Assembly (NCBI GenBank): GCA_964016885.1
Contig: OZ024740.1
Coordinates: 71,548,001-71,612,000, forward strand
DNA length: 64,000 bases
From: Eledone cirrhosa
Taxonomy: Eukaryota
Direction: 5' to 3'
Each line of letters starts with the position of its first letter. Position 1 is the first letter of the stretch. The translations under genes were made by a program, and so were the position numbers. The notes below the pieces were generated by a model. The model ran no database searches. It was given only the letters and a program-made list of their open reading frames with translations, and was not told where the DNA came from. Below, one piece after another: positions 12,497 to 25,499 of this stretch.

Positions 12497-12740
12497 AAGT
12501 TTGTTGCATTGCCAAGTAAAAATTTACACATACACATCCGCACTCATACATATATAGGCATATGCAAATATTGATTGATGCTACATTCACGCCTCATGTA
12601 AAGAGAAGATGTGACTCAATGTGTGTGCATAAAGGTATTTACATATATGTGTGTGTATATACGTGTAAGCTTATATATATCTCTTGAGTATGGGTGCGGA
12701 TGTGTATATATAAATTTTTACTTGGCAATGTAACAAACTT
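12497..12740. repeat. ~53-bp inverted repeat with ~135-bp spacer (MITE or fold-back element)
   Basis: AAGTTTGTTGCATTGCCAAGTAAAAATTTA…ACACATCCGCACTCATAC versus GTATGGGTGCGGATGTGT…TAAATTTTTACTTGGCAATGTAACAAACTT. Confidence 0.75.
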
Positions 12741-13762
12741 CCCTTTGAAGCACAGAATTTTAGGTTTAAAAAAGGCCATCTTGCACACAAATTTCTTTTT
12801 TTTAAATTAAACAATTGCTTCATTCAACAATCAAGGATATTCTGTGATGTAAAATTACCAAAAACATAAATATAACTAGATACTTATAAGTGCAGGAATG
12901 ACAGTGTAGATATGTTCACTCACTTCACAACGTAATTTTAGAGTTCTCACTGGGTGAAGAAGTCCAAGAAATCCCAGTGGAAGGAAGATCAGTGTGGTAG
13001 TCATGAGAGCTGATCTCAAATTGCTGAAAAGGACCCGTCCAATCGAGGCAAACAGAATAGCAAGCGTAAAATGATGATGATGATAAGAAAATTGGTAATT
13101 AATCATTCATACATATAAACTTGTCTGTCTATCTAATCTATCTGTCTATTTATCTATTTATCTATCTTCTGGAGTTCTCATTATCTTTTACTAATTTCCT
13201 CCTGGTTAGTAGAACAAGTACCAATAATATTTCATTCAGTGTGATTACAATTGACTATAATTCTCTATTTTATAGAAATCAATTTTACCTAGCCAGCTCA
13301 GCTCTGATTGAGGACACCTATAGTTAATGGTTATAACATTCCAGTCATGAACATTTTGTCTTTTTGTATATCTAGAACTACATTGTCCAATGTAGCCACT
13401 TGCCAAACAAGTGCAACTTGAAAGTTGCCCAGTGTGTCCTTTCTTTTTAGATGGTAAGGTGTGATTTGAAGGAAATTCAACTTTTATTTTTAGCAGGTTG
13501 GGTAGCCATGTTGAGATATCTTTGGTTAGAACTGTTTCCTTCTTTTAGGCTGTTAATGTCTTAAGGAATAGCATGAACATCACAACATTCTAATTTCTGT
13601 TCTATAAATCTAATATTATGATTGTAATGAATATGCTCAAAAAGTTATTGTTGTTGTTGTATGCCCTCAGGCCAGCCCTATATGAACAGACCTCTGATCA
13701 TCAAAGACATTCTAACCATGACAATCTCGTCTTTTTTTAGACTTCATTATCTACATAATCTG

Positions 13763-13980
13763 AGGGCAGCAGTTTGCCAGAATTATTAGGGCATCAGTTA
13801 AAATGCATTGTAGCAATTAGATACGATCATTTATGTTCTGAGTTCAAATCCCACTGAGGTTAACTTTGCCTTTCGTCCTTTAGGATTGATAAAATAGAGT
13901 ATCAGTGGTGCACTGGATTCGATATAATCGACTTTCCCCTCCCCACAAAATTGTTGGCTTTGTACCTAAAGCAGAAACCA
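13763..13980 (+). mobile_element. tRNA-SINE family B with TSD
   Basis: GAGTTCAAATCC B box and central block; TACATAATCTG duplicated on both sides. Confidence 0.8.
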
Positions 13981-14161
13981 TTTACATAATCTGTCCTTTT
14001 CTAAGACTGTAAGGTATTATTTCAGGGAGATTTGGCTGCTATTTGTAGAGGACAAGAAGCTGTATAAAGACTTCTTTGTTAGCTCATGGCTGAAAAGTTT
14101 AAGACAGGGAGCTGGAAAGATGGTTACAATGCAGGAAATGACTCAAATTGTGTGCCTGTGT

Positions 14162-16010
14162 CATCATCATCATCAGCGTTTAACATCCGTGTTCCACGCT
14201 TGCATGGGTTTGGACGGGGGTTTTCCCACTTGAGGCAAGAGTGATTGTCTTGCTCGCATAGGACTGTCTGGCAGGTTTTCTACAGTTGGATGCCCTTCCT
14301 AACACCAACCACATTTACAGTGTGGGTCTGGGAGGTTTTTACCGTGTTGCCTACACGGCCACATTACAGCGTGGACTGTGTGTTTTTTTTGTCGTGACAC
14401 CTACATGATCTCATTTGTTTCGGCCTGGATGGTGTGGCACCAACATAACTTTACATAGAAGGGGGTGGTGGGACGGGGGTGTATTTTGTTAGAGATGCCT
14501 ACTGACTGTAGTAGGTTTTACTATGTATTTAGGTAAGGCGGGTCTTCTCTATTACTGAGTACCGCCAAAGGTCTCGGTCCAGTGACATTGTCTTGGAGAG
14601 GTGTAAGTGTGTGAGGTCGGAGTTTATCAGCTCGTCCCAGGCCTTTCTAGGTCTGCCTATTCCGTGGCTACCGTCTATCTTTATTGCCCTGCACTTTGTT
14701 ATACAGCTATCGACCCTCATGCGTATCACGTGTCCATACCAACGTAGCCTTCTCTCGAGTAAACAACATCTGATCCCTCTTATTTCTAATTTTTTCCTTA
14801 GTTCATTTATGCTTTGCCGTTCACGTATATTACTATTACACATCCAGCGGAGCATGCAAGCTTCGTTCCTCTCTAGTCTGCGTATATCCTCTGCACACAA
14901 TGCCCAGGTCTCACTGCCATGCAACACCGCTGTTTGCATGCAGGCATCATACAACCTGCCCCTCACTTTTAGGGAGAACCCTTTAGCGGCTAATAGTGGT
15001 ATAAGCTCTCTGAACTTTTTCCATCCAGTTCTGACTCTAGCTACTGTACTTTCAGAGCACCCTCCCCCACTGCTGATTTTGTCACCCAGGTAACGGAAGC
15101 TGTCCACTATTTCTATAGAGCCCTCTGCGCAGTTGAAAGAGCTAGTATTTTGTGGGCACTTGCTGCTACTTATTGCACCAGAGCACCGGCCACATGTGAA
15201 ATCTATGTTCTTAGTTAGCTTACCTGTGATCCCACTACATCTTTTATGCACCCATACTTTGCATTTCTGACACAAAATGGAGTTTCTACCTACGCCTTTC
15301 CTACACACCGAGCATGGCCACTTCCCGGAAGGGACCACCGCCTTATTTTCTTTCCTACAAACTAGAACTTTGGTCTTAGCCAGATTAATTTTAAGGCCTT
15401 TTGATTCTAGGCCGTGCTTCCATGTTTGGAATTTCTTCTCTAGCTCGGCCATCGATTCAGCTATGAGTGTTAGGTCATCTGCGTATAGGAGTTCCCATGG
15501 GCAGCCGGTCTTGAACTCCTCTGTTATAGCCTGAAGGGCAATAATAAATAGTAGGGGGCTGAGAACAGAGCCCTGATGGACGCCAACTTTTACGCTAAAC
15601 TCTTCACTATATTCGTTGTTAACTCCAACCTTGCTGACTGTTTCTTTATACATGGCTTGTATAGCTCTCACAAGCCATTCGTCGACACCTAGTTTTCCAA
15701 GGGCCCACCAGACAATGGAACGGGGGACTCTGTCGAAGGCTTTCTCCAAGTCGACAAAAGCCAAGTAGAGGGGTTTACTTTTAGCTAGGTACTTCTCCTG
15801 TAGTTGTCGTACAATGAAAAGAGCGTCTGTGGTACTTTTGCCTGACACAAACCCGAACTGCATTTCATCTAGGTCAATTCTCTCTCTGATTAGTTGCGCT
15901 ATTACTTTTTCCGTGACCTTCATGACCTGGTCGATTAATTTAATGCCTCTATAGTTACTCCTATCTAGGGCATCTCCTTTACCCTTATAACAGTTAACGA
16001 TGATGCTGCT
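14162..16010 (-). mobile_element. RTE-clade LINE, 5'-truncated, uninterrupted RT plus C-terminus, 3' UTR and (TGA)n tail
   Basis: ORF 14529..15923 has QFGF, FVDLEKAFD, GVHQGSVLSP, LLYADD, INLAKTK, FRYLG, RLRWYGHV and GRPRK motifs; the 3' UTR ends …GGATGTTAAACGC(TGA)n. Confidence 0.95.
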
Positions 16011-16687
16011 GTGTATATATATTCATTTATTTATTCAATGTAAACATCTGTACATAGCTCCACGACAGACTTGAAGTATCTAATATCTCTTATAATTAGG
16101 AAACAAAAACAAGAGAGAGAAAAAGAGAAGGAAAGTAGGAGGCAAAAGAAGAAAAAAAAATGAAAAACAAGGACAACCATAAAGCAGCTAAAAGTTTCTT
16201 TGTACTGAAAGATCTTGCTTATGGTTGGGAATCTTTGACAATATATTGCCTGACACAATATATTGCACCTCCAATATTGGTAGTATATGTATTATAGATC
16301 ACAGAGTACTTCAATCCATGTGATATCTACAAACCAACAGCATGAGCAGAACAGGTCAATAATGAGGTGTAGGTGGCAAATGTCACAGAGATTAAGATGA
16401 AGCAATCTTAAAGGAAGGAAGTTTGTATTTTGTCTGGAGTATCACTTAGTTAATATTTATATAGCCCCCCCCCCCATTGCTATTTTTTCTCATTATCTAT
16501 ATTTCCCATAAATTGTCTTTCAGTTCCTATTTTCTCCTCCTCATCTTACTCTTGCTCTATTATATATAATGTATATGTGCAAGTATAAATATATATATAT
16601 ATATATATATATTATTGGCATCCATTGGTCTCGAAAGGCCATGGATCTGTTCCTGGAGAATTTTGTGTTACCCTCATATATATATAT

Positions 16688-17030
16688 GGAGGCACATGGC
16701 TTAGTGGTTAGAGCATTGGCCTTGCAATCAAAAGGTTGTGAGTTCAATTCTCAGACCGGGTGATGTGTTGTTTCCTTGAGCAAGACACTTTATTTCACAT
16801 TGCTCCAGTTTACTCAGCTGTAGAAATGAGATGATAGGACTGGGGTCCCTATCACTCCACTGCAAAGTGGTCGTGGAGGTGCCACGGCAAAAAAAGCACC
16901 CAGCACTCACTGTAAATGAGGTTGGTGTTAGGAAGGGCATCCAGCTGTAGAAATCGAGCCAGAATCAGTTCCCGTCACACCCTTGCAAGCAGGGAAAAAG
17001 CGGACGTAAAATGAAATGATGATGATGATG
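16688..17030 (+). mobile_element. tRNA-SINE family A with RTE-like 3' tail
   Basis: A box TGGCTTAGTGG, B box GAGTTCAATTC, CCTTGAGCAAGACACTT central motif, 3' GGTTGGTGTTAGGAAGGGCATCCAGC shared with the RTE 3' UTR, and (GAT)n tail; flanked by (TA)n. Confidence 0.9.
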
Positions 17031-17099
17031 ATATATATATATATATAAAAGGAAAGAAAAGAAGGAAAAAGAAAAGGGAGAGGAAACCCCCCCCCAAAA

Positions 17100-17320
17100 A
17101 AAACAGTTCATGCTGTAATGTGGTCATGTAGGTAACACAGTAAAAAGCTCCCAGTCCACACTGTAAATGTGGTTGGTGTTAGGAAGGGCATCCAACCATA
17201 GAAAACCTGCCAGATAGACCTATATGAGCGAGACATGGTCACCCAACCAATCTTACCTCAAATGGGACAATTTCTGTCTAACCCATGCTAGTGTGGAAGA
17301 TAGACGTTAAACGATGATGA
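17100..17320 (+). mobile_element. RTE 3' UTR-only copy
   Basis: Homologous to 36505-36730, ending GTTAAACGATGATGA. Confidence 0.8.
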
Positions 17321-19039
17321 TATATATGAGGGTCAAATGGAAAGTTCATAGGCTGACCAAGATACTCTCATGGAATGACCAAATAAGGTTTATCTTTCAA
17401 CATAGTCCCTGGAATCAGAGATAATGCAGGATAGAAATATGAAGAAAATATGGGGACCTTCCTAGTGGTAGTATCATGATAAAATACAACTAGCACATTC
17501 TGTTAAGTGGTTGTTGTTAAAGTGGGTATTCAATGGTAGAAACTATGCCAAAAATTAGAATGTATGAGTATGACATGGTTTTCCATGCTCAGTATTGCAA
17601 GCTACTGGAGACATTTTTCCAATTCTGCAGTGTCCCTGTTGCTTATAGCCTTGATCCTTCCTTACTTAGTGTATTTAGCTGGTAGAAACAGAATAACCAG
17701 GTTGATATGCTATTAAATCAGGGGCTCAAAGGTCTTGAATTCAAATCGACTAGATGCATTTTTTGTCTGTTTGAACAAAAAGTGCTTTTGGTAAATCTTT
17801 GAGATGGTAGTTGATGTTGCATGCTTCAGTTTTAGTTATGTACCAGATGTCGTAGGGATATTATTTGAGATAGTTTAGCCTTCTCTCCAGGAAAGATTTC
17901 TTTTAATTTATCTAAATGAAACTAGATTTAAGTACTGAAAATCACTTAAAGACTCAAGACATTCACATAAAATCTATTTAAAGATCAGTAAGAGTATACT
18001 GTCAAAATTGACTGATTCACATATTAAAAGTTATTCATATATATGACTTATTCGAAAGAATGGGGAAAAAAATTTAGAGTTTAAGGTGATGACAATGGAT
18101 AGTTTGAAGTGGAAGATAGGGGAGATTTCGTAGATGGATGGATAACTAGCTATTAGAATCTTTCTAAATATATATCATTAGAAAATTGGAAATTAATATC
18201 TCTCTCAGCATAATAGCAGAGCATCTATGAGAAACAGGAAGAGATGATTTGTTAGTAAAGTTGTAGGAGTGTGAAAGATGGGGAGACGAAAAGAGAGACA
18301 GGGAGAGAGAGATTTTATAAAAAGTTATACTAAAAAAGTTTCTATACCTACAGATACATGATGTATATCATTGTATTAGGAGGTGGGTTGGTCTTTTAAA
18401 GGTTAAGTCTTTGCCATGAACAAAACAAAGTGTGGGTAACTGGTTACAAACTCCAAACTGTTTCTCAAATAGCCTAATTTATAAATACAAGCATGGCTGT
18501 GTGGTTAAGAATTTTGCTTTGCAAATACATGGTTTTGTGTTTGATCTCACTATGTGGCACTTGGCAAAATGTCTTGTACTATATCCTTGGGTCAACAAAA
18601 ACTTTGAGTGAAATTTGGTAGGCAGAAACTCTATAAAGCCTGTTGGAGGATTGCTCCTCTCCTTGGGTGGTAGACTTAATTTGTACAATTCACCACCACC
18701 ACCACCTGGCCCTTCAGTGCTTTTAGCAGAGTCCACTTTATTGCAAGCATTTACTGCAGGTCTCTGGCCTGAGGATAGCTTCCTCTCACCAGTCTTAGAG
18801 AGCCTGAAAAAGGCGTATAGGCCTTTCCCTTCCTCTACTGAGTAAGCCATTAAAATTATAAATAAATAACTATATAGATTTGGCAATCTACAAGTTGTGA
18901 ACAAACTTAATTCTCAGTTCACTCAAATGATGGAAAAAAACTATTACAAGTTTTAGTGATTAAACTCTAGCCATTCTACATCTTTTAAGGGTTCATATCA
19001 ACTCTTGTACTTTAATCTGGCACTTTTATCAATCTGTAT

Positions 19040-19362
19040 CATGGCATGGTGGTTAGAGCATTGAGCTTGCAATTCAGATGTTGTGAGTTTGATTCTTGGA
19101 CCAGGTGATTCATTGTGTTCTTGAACAAGACACTTTACTTCACGTTGCTCTAGTTTACTCAGCAGTAAAAATGAGTTGCGATGTCACTCGTGCCAAGCTG
19201 TATCCCCCATTGCCTTTCCAACATGGGATGGAGAGGGGAGATTGGTATACATGGACAGCTGCTGGTCTTCCATAAACAACCTTGCCCAGACTTATGCCTC
19301 GGGGGGAACTTTCAAGGTGAAAATCCCATGGTCATTTGTGACTGAAGGGGGTCTTTATCCCT
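19040..19362 (+). mobile_element. tRNA-SINE related to family A (same head, different 3' part)
   Basis: GTGGTTAGAGCATTG…GTGAGTTTGATTC…AACAAGACACTTTAC…TTGCTCTAGTTTACTCAGC matches the family A head; the downstream sequence differs. Confidence 0.7.
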
Positions 19363-19829
19363 CTCTTTTCATTTATTTTACAGGACATAATAGAGGACCA
19401 TAGTATAAATGCGACACTGGGTTTAGCAACTGGTGTAAACATAAATAGACACACACAAACTCACAAAGTATTGGTTAATTTGTGGCAAATGTAGAAGTCA
19501 CTTGTCCAAGGTACTGCACAGTGGGATCCAATCTAGAACTATGTTGTTGCAAAGAAAACTTCTTAACCATACAGCCATACCACCAGGGTCAATTTGCTTT
19601 TCATCCTTCCAGAGTTGATAAAATAAGTATCGGTCAAATATTGAGATTGATTTAATCAACTATACTACTTATCAAAAATGTGCTTGTGCTGCAGTTACCT
19701 TAATCTATTCAAAATTTTAAAACTGATTTGATGAGAAGCTCTAGGCAATTACTGTTTTCAAGCTGCGAGATAATATACAACTTTATTAATATAGTTAATG
19801 TGGTGTGGTAAATAAATATATACATATGT

Positions 19830-20420
19830 GCCAGGTCTCCCAAACTCCCACTGTCACTGCCTCAGTCTCTCCTGCTCTCCCCATTGTGAGCAAATGGAGG
19901 CCCACACACTAGCCAACTCGCAGCCCCGGCAGACAGAATAGAGGTTTTTTTCCAGAGGATGGTGAGGGAGATGTGCTGGAACAGCTATTCCAGCTGGCGA
20001 GGCTCACACCTGTGGGTAGCCAACTCTGTACCGATGGTGGTCCTAGGGTCAAGGATACCAGAAGTCTCCACTGCTATGGGCTCGGCTGTAAACCTGTCAG
20101 AGAGCGACTGATATTTGGAGAGTTTACCTTTCTCAGCTCGAAGTGCAGCAAAGCCTGGGCTATTTGCAAACTGCACCAGGTTGCCGCTGGAGAATGTTTT
20201 GCTGCATGTGGCATCCCAGATTAGGGGGTTTACCACCGCAGAATGGGAAGATGGTCATGCCGTCTGGCCTTTTACCATCACCTCAGTCACGTCCTGCTGA
20301 CACAAGCTGGGAGGGAAAGCCTGCAGCATCCAAGCCATGCTTTATGACCTAGTTGAGAACAGCATAGCGTGGAAAGCGGCCAGCACTGTAGCAACAGGAC
20401 AGACGGTTGAGGCCGAAAGC
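19830..20420 (-). mobile_element. CRE-like non-LTR retrotransposon 3' fragment (restriction-like endonuclease domain)
   Basis: Minus strand reads …VIKHGLDAAGFPSQL…[27 protein letters not shown]…KLSKYQSL…PIAVETSG, the PD..D RLE signature; stop codons are present. Confidence 0.8.
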
Positions 20421-23400
20421 TGAGATAAAGTTAAACTAGGTGAGATTTGCGAATTCTGTATTGTCAGGCTCGTCACCAAAAGGGATGGAGGGGAGAATGG
20501 CACTGACGCACCTTCAGATTTAGAAAATAGAGTTTATAAAAAAAAAAAATCCTGAAATACGTTCCTTGCGAAAGAATGCCCACACGGAATGGTGTGAAGA
20601 CACTCCCACCCCGGCGTCTAAATGTTGATTTAGAATTGTTGATAGTTAATATTTCTTTTCTTTTTTTTCAGCGGGGGTTGCGTAGGCTGGATGTGAATTT
20701 CAGACTAATAAAATGTTATTTTGGGGGTGAATAGGAATTAGAATAAAATGCTTATAGTACTTTCGGGACGCAGGTGAAGACAAGAGGAGAGGGGCAAATG
20801 CCTTATATGAATTTAGGTTGAGCAATATATTATAGGCAAGTTCAGGGTTGTATGGAAAATTAAATCAATATGCCGCACCATAAATAACAATATTACAAGT
20901 TTAAACAAAATATGAATGACAGGCTTATATTGACCCTATTGTTCAATAAAAGAATAGTGTATGTAAAATATGTATTTCTTCACTTGTTCCCTCCTCCCTC
21001 CACTGTTCTGTATTTGTTTAATGTTGTCTCTGATTCACGAGGCAGATATGTAAAAGGCCGTGTGAGTTAGGAGTTAAGAACGAAATGAAACAAAATAAAA
21101 TCTTAGGAAAATATTCACAACATAGACAAAACTGATCTGCATGATATGCCAGTATTCCAGTTGGTGCAGATATGTGCAAGTGAATATGTTGGTATCTTTA
21201 TATTTCCTTGTTATGATCACATTTATGTTGGCATTATGTGTGTATTATAACTTTGAGTATGCGTTAATCTTTCTTTTAAGGATGTTTACACTCATTTAAT
21301 GGACTGAGTCTGTGTGTGTATATACTCATCTTGTGTTTGTACTTGTTGATATTTAAAAGTATTCATGTGTGTGACAATGTTTCTTTTTATCTGATTAGCA
21401 TCAGTATTCAGACATGTATGTATTTATATAATTATGTGTGTGTTGTCTATAACTTTCACAGTGTATTTATTTTGCGTTTGCTGAGGAGTGGAACCGTAAT
21501 GCCGACAGAAAGCGAAAGAGAAAGGGTGTGGGAGAAAGATAAAGAGCGCCAGCATGAGGAGGGGTTGATGGAGAAGAAGAAAAAAGAAAGAAAGACAAAG
21601 AGGATAAGTAAGAGGTGAAAATAGAAATATATAAAGTAAGCGTGAGAACTAGGGAAGCAGACAAGAGCTAAACGTCAGCGAAAGACGTAGAGGATCTCTT
21701 ACCTTATTTGGTGTAGTAAATTCGACCAGCTACTTCAGTGAGGTTTCAAGTTTCCTAATATCTCAAACTACCAAAATACTAAGGCTATAAATTTCCTATC
21801 CTTTTTCATTCACAGTTCCTTTTATTCTAGTAACTCTTACTCTAATTTTCTGTCTATCAGTTAAAAAAAAAATAACAAAAAACTTTTCTTTTGAATAATG
21901 GTAGAAATAAAAAGTAATCAGAAGCAATAAAATTGGGAAGAATAAGGGATAAAACAGCATGTGAACGAAAATGATAAATTACTTTTGACGAGGCATAAAT
22001 TTATCAATCGAGCCACTATGTATAAAACTTATTTTTTATCTTATCATTCATAGTATAGGCTGGATTAATGCCTTTTGAGGCCGTGAGCATTTAAAAGATC
22101 ATTGTACCCCCCCCCCATATAAAGTAAAACAAAATCTGGTCAGATCATTCACTGATGGATATCCTAGATATCAAGTGGTCAAGTAAATCTCAAATCAACC
22201 CCGATCAAGCAGTCTTATCAAACGACATTCTAGTCATAGCTATTTCATTTTTAAAAAATTCAGGTTGACAGGAAGGACATGTCGCTGTAGAAACTATGCC
22301 AAAAATGGTCTGTGTCAAAGACATGAGAACCTTCCTAGTGTTAGTGATTTACACAATAAACATACCCAGTACACTCTGTAAAGTAGTTGATGTTAGAAAA
22401 GGTATTCAGCTATAGAAAACTTGCCACAAGGGTGGGAGGTCTCTTTAGCTGTGTCAAGGACATGAGAACATCCCTATTGTTAGTGTCACAATAAAATGTA
22501 CTTAGTTATGTGTGAGTTCATATGGAAACAAGTTGTAGGCTGCTGGCTCATCTGAGCAATTAGTAGGGTGCAGGAATGTATGTAAGCTATATGCAAGCTC
22601 CCAGCCCATCGTGGATCAATACCTTTGTTTTGGGTATCAACCTGGTCTGCAGACATTAAACGACAATGATGAGGATGATGTATTTCAGATCATATATCAA
22701 TAAGTCCTTTCTTTTTTTAAAGGTGTTATTCAATGGAGATTTGGCTGTTATTTCTAGCAGGTGAAGCAATGACTCAAAGGTTCTGTCGGTGGCCATTAGT
22801 ATATGGAATCCATATAATAAATGAGAAAGTTTGTCTGTCTTGAAACAGCATCTCCATTTTTCTCATCCTCCTCATTATTAATAGGGCATGTAGACAATTG
22901 ATTGGCAGAATTGTCAGAGTGTTGACCAAAATGATTTATGGCATTTGTTTTGGCTCTTTACATGGGGTTAATAAAATAAAATACTAGTCAAGTACTGTGA
23001 ACGATTTAATGGATAAATGTGGGGGGAGGTAGAAAAGGGGAAAGACCAAACAAATTATGGTTGAGGATGATGGTGGAGGAAATGAAAGCCAAGGGGTTGT
23101 TGAGGGAGAATGCAGTAAATATGGCAAAGTGTAGAGAGGAATGGTAGAAACGAAGGCAGAAAGAAGTAAAGGAAGTCGAAGGCCAAGAAAGACATGGCTA
23201 AAGATGATGGAGGAGGAAACAAGAGCCTGAAAGTTGATGAGGAGGATGTAAATGATAGGTTAAAATGAAAAAGCTTGTCATGAAGTTTGCAAGGCTAACC
23301 ACTGCTGTTGTTGTTTTCTAATATAACAGGAATTCCCACTAACTGCCAGTCTTAAACTCCTTAATTATGACTTAGAGAGCTATAATAAACTATAATATAT

Positions 23401-23717
23401 ATGTAGGTACAGGCATGGCTGTATGGTTAAGGGGTTTCATTTGCAACCACGTGATTTTGGGTTCAGTCCTACAATATGACATCTAGGACAAGTGCCACCT
23501 ACTATAGCCTTGGGTGTACCAATGCCTTGTGCATACAACTGGGTTCATGGAAACCTAGGAAGCTGATCATATATATATATCTGTGTCTGGGTTTATGTTC
23601 TGTAACTTGGCAATTTGACAAAGAAAGAGATTGATAAAATAAGTACTGGGTTGATATGGTTGCAATCTAATGACTGAAACCAATAACAGAATAAAAGAAT
23701 ATATATATATGTATATA

Positions 23718-24725
23718 CTAGCTGAGGGACCCAGCGTTGCTAGGGTTTTTAAGTAATACAATTGTTTGTGCAGAAATAACACTTGATGAAGCTCTCGGTT
23801 GAATTAAGTCTTATAGGAAAGCACGGTCATCGTCGAGGATGTCCACACCACGGCCAACTGGTTAATGCGACCCGCAGAGGCCTTCTATCCATCCTGTAAG
23901 ATGTTCCATTCAGTTAAATATACGCATGTTAGCAGCAAAGATGACACAGCCTAGGGTGGGTAGGTAATTTTTAAATATCCTTATGTCCCGCATGTCAACT
24001 GTGGCCCGTTGAAGATTTCTATTCGATTTGCAAAGGGTTCCGCTCTTTGCGAATCGAATACATTTTTGGAAAATACCCCCGCATTACCCTACCAGAGCCC
24101 ATAAATCCCATTTGTCTTGGTAAAAACTCAGCCCGTGGAGGGCAAATTCAATTGTTATCCATCCCATTGTGGTACAGCCCTCTGTCTCGCTGGAGAAAAC
24201 CATCCACTGCACATAAGTGGTGTATCTATGATGTTTGAAAAAAGCATTTGCGACATTTGATATTTACGGTATTTTCGCTTTATTAAGGTGTCCTGGGGAA
24301 ACTTTTAACACCTTATTGATACATAAATAATGCACCTGTACAGTTTAAAGCAAATTGGTTGCTCATATCAGAAGAAACAAACCAAATGAAAAATAGGTTT
24401 GTGTAGCTTTTTGCCTTCCCCGAGCTGTGTTTCAATTTTGAAGGAAATCGGTTGAGAACTTTAAAAGTTATGGCAGAAAATAACATTCATATGAGCATTT
24501 GCATGCAAATGTCCTATTGATTTATAAAAAATCGATGCAGACTGAAAATTATCGATTTTTTAAAACTTCAAAGTACGTAAGAAATCAAATGGGTATGAGA
24601 GCCACACGCGTGTCACGTTTCATCAAGATTGGTTTGGTAGTTTTTGAGTTTTAGGTTCACAAACAAATCCACAAACAAACACATAAACAGACAGAAAAAA
24701 ATTACCGTTTATGTACTTATATGTA
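23718..24725 (-). mobile_element. Helitron/Helentron-like non-autonomous element
   Basis: Minus-strand 3' end CCCTAGCAACGCTGGG…CTAG|T at 23718-23745; the other end has ACAAACAAAC…AGACAG microsatellite-like sequence resembling 45010-45050. Confidence 0.5.
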
Positions 24726-24728
24726 TAT

Positions 24729-25117
24729 GGAGGCTTAGTGGTTAGAGTATTGACCTTGCAATCGAAAGGTTGTGAGTTCAATTCTCAGACCAAGTGATGT
24801 TTTGTTTCCTTGAGCAAGACACTTTATTTCACATTGCTCCAGTTTACTCAGCTGTAGAAATGAGATGATAGGACTGGGGTCCCTATCATTCCACTGCAAA
24901 GGGGTCATGGAGGTGCCACGGCAAAAAAACAGCCAACCCACACTGTAAAGTGGACGTGTAGGCGCCATGGAAAAAAAGCACCCAGCACTCACTGTAAATG
25001 AGGTTGGTGTTAGGAAGGGCATCCAGCTGTAGAAATCAAGCCAGAATCAGTTCCCGTCCCACCCTAGCAAGCAGGGAAAAGCGGACGTAAAATGATGATG
25101 ATGATGATGATGATGAT
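24729..25117 (+). mobile_element. tRNA-SINE family A, variant with one extra internal unit
   Basis: Near-identical to 16688-17030 and 44047-44390 apart from a short deletion in the head and an extra CCCACACTGTAAAGTGG unit. Confidence 0.9.
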
Positions 25118-25499
25118 ATATATATATTTAAAGGAATTCCTTTTTAAAGACCAATTAATCACATATCCTTTCACTAAGAAATAAGTTATATTATACTGGT
25201 AGGCTTAGATTATGTGTCCTAGGAAATAATATGTTTCTTATCTATTTACACATGGTGAATCAAATATATTTTTCAAATTTCTCTGTGACCCATGGTTTCC
25301 TTACTCGACCATACAAGTCTATCAATAATAATAGTTTCTGATTTGGGCACAAGGCCAGGCAATTTGGGGAGAGGAAAGTTGATTAAATTGACCCCAGTGC
25401 ATTACTGGTACATTATTTTATCGACCCCGTAAGGATGAAAGGCAAAAAACAAAATTTTGCTGATAATTTGCCAATTAATCAGTGCAACCTTATATATCA

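Noticed and set aside
14593-15534. Plus-strand ORFs 14593..15093 and 15277..15534 (and equivalents at 35361, 35799, 45445, 45849)
   Set aside because: They are antisense shadows of the RTE coding frame.
16688-16765. tRNA genes at A/B-box motifs
   Set aside because: No full cloverleaf; they continue into shared SINE bodies.
18479-18904. 141-aa minus-strand ORF
   Set aside because: It runs through a SINE-like repeat, has a non-ATG start and shows no recognisable domain or splice support.
21481-21515. CTGAGGA…GAAAG hammerhead-like string
   Set aside because: No convincing helix II, helix I or cleavage triplet; likely a chance match.
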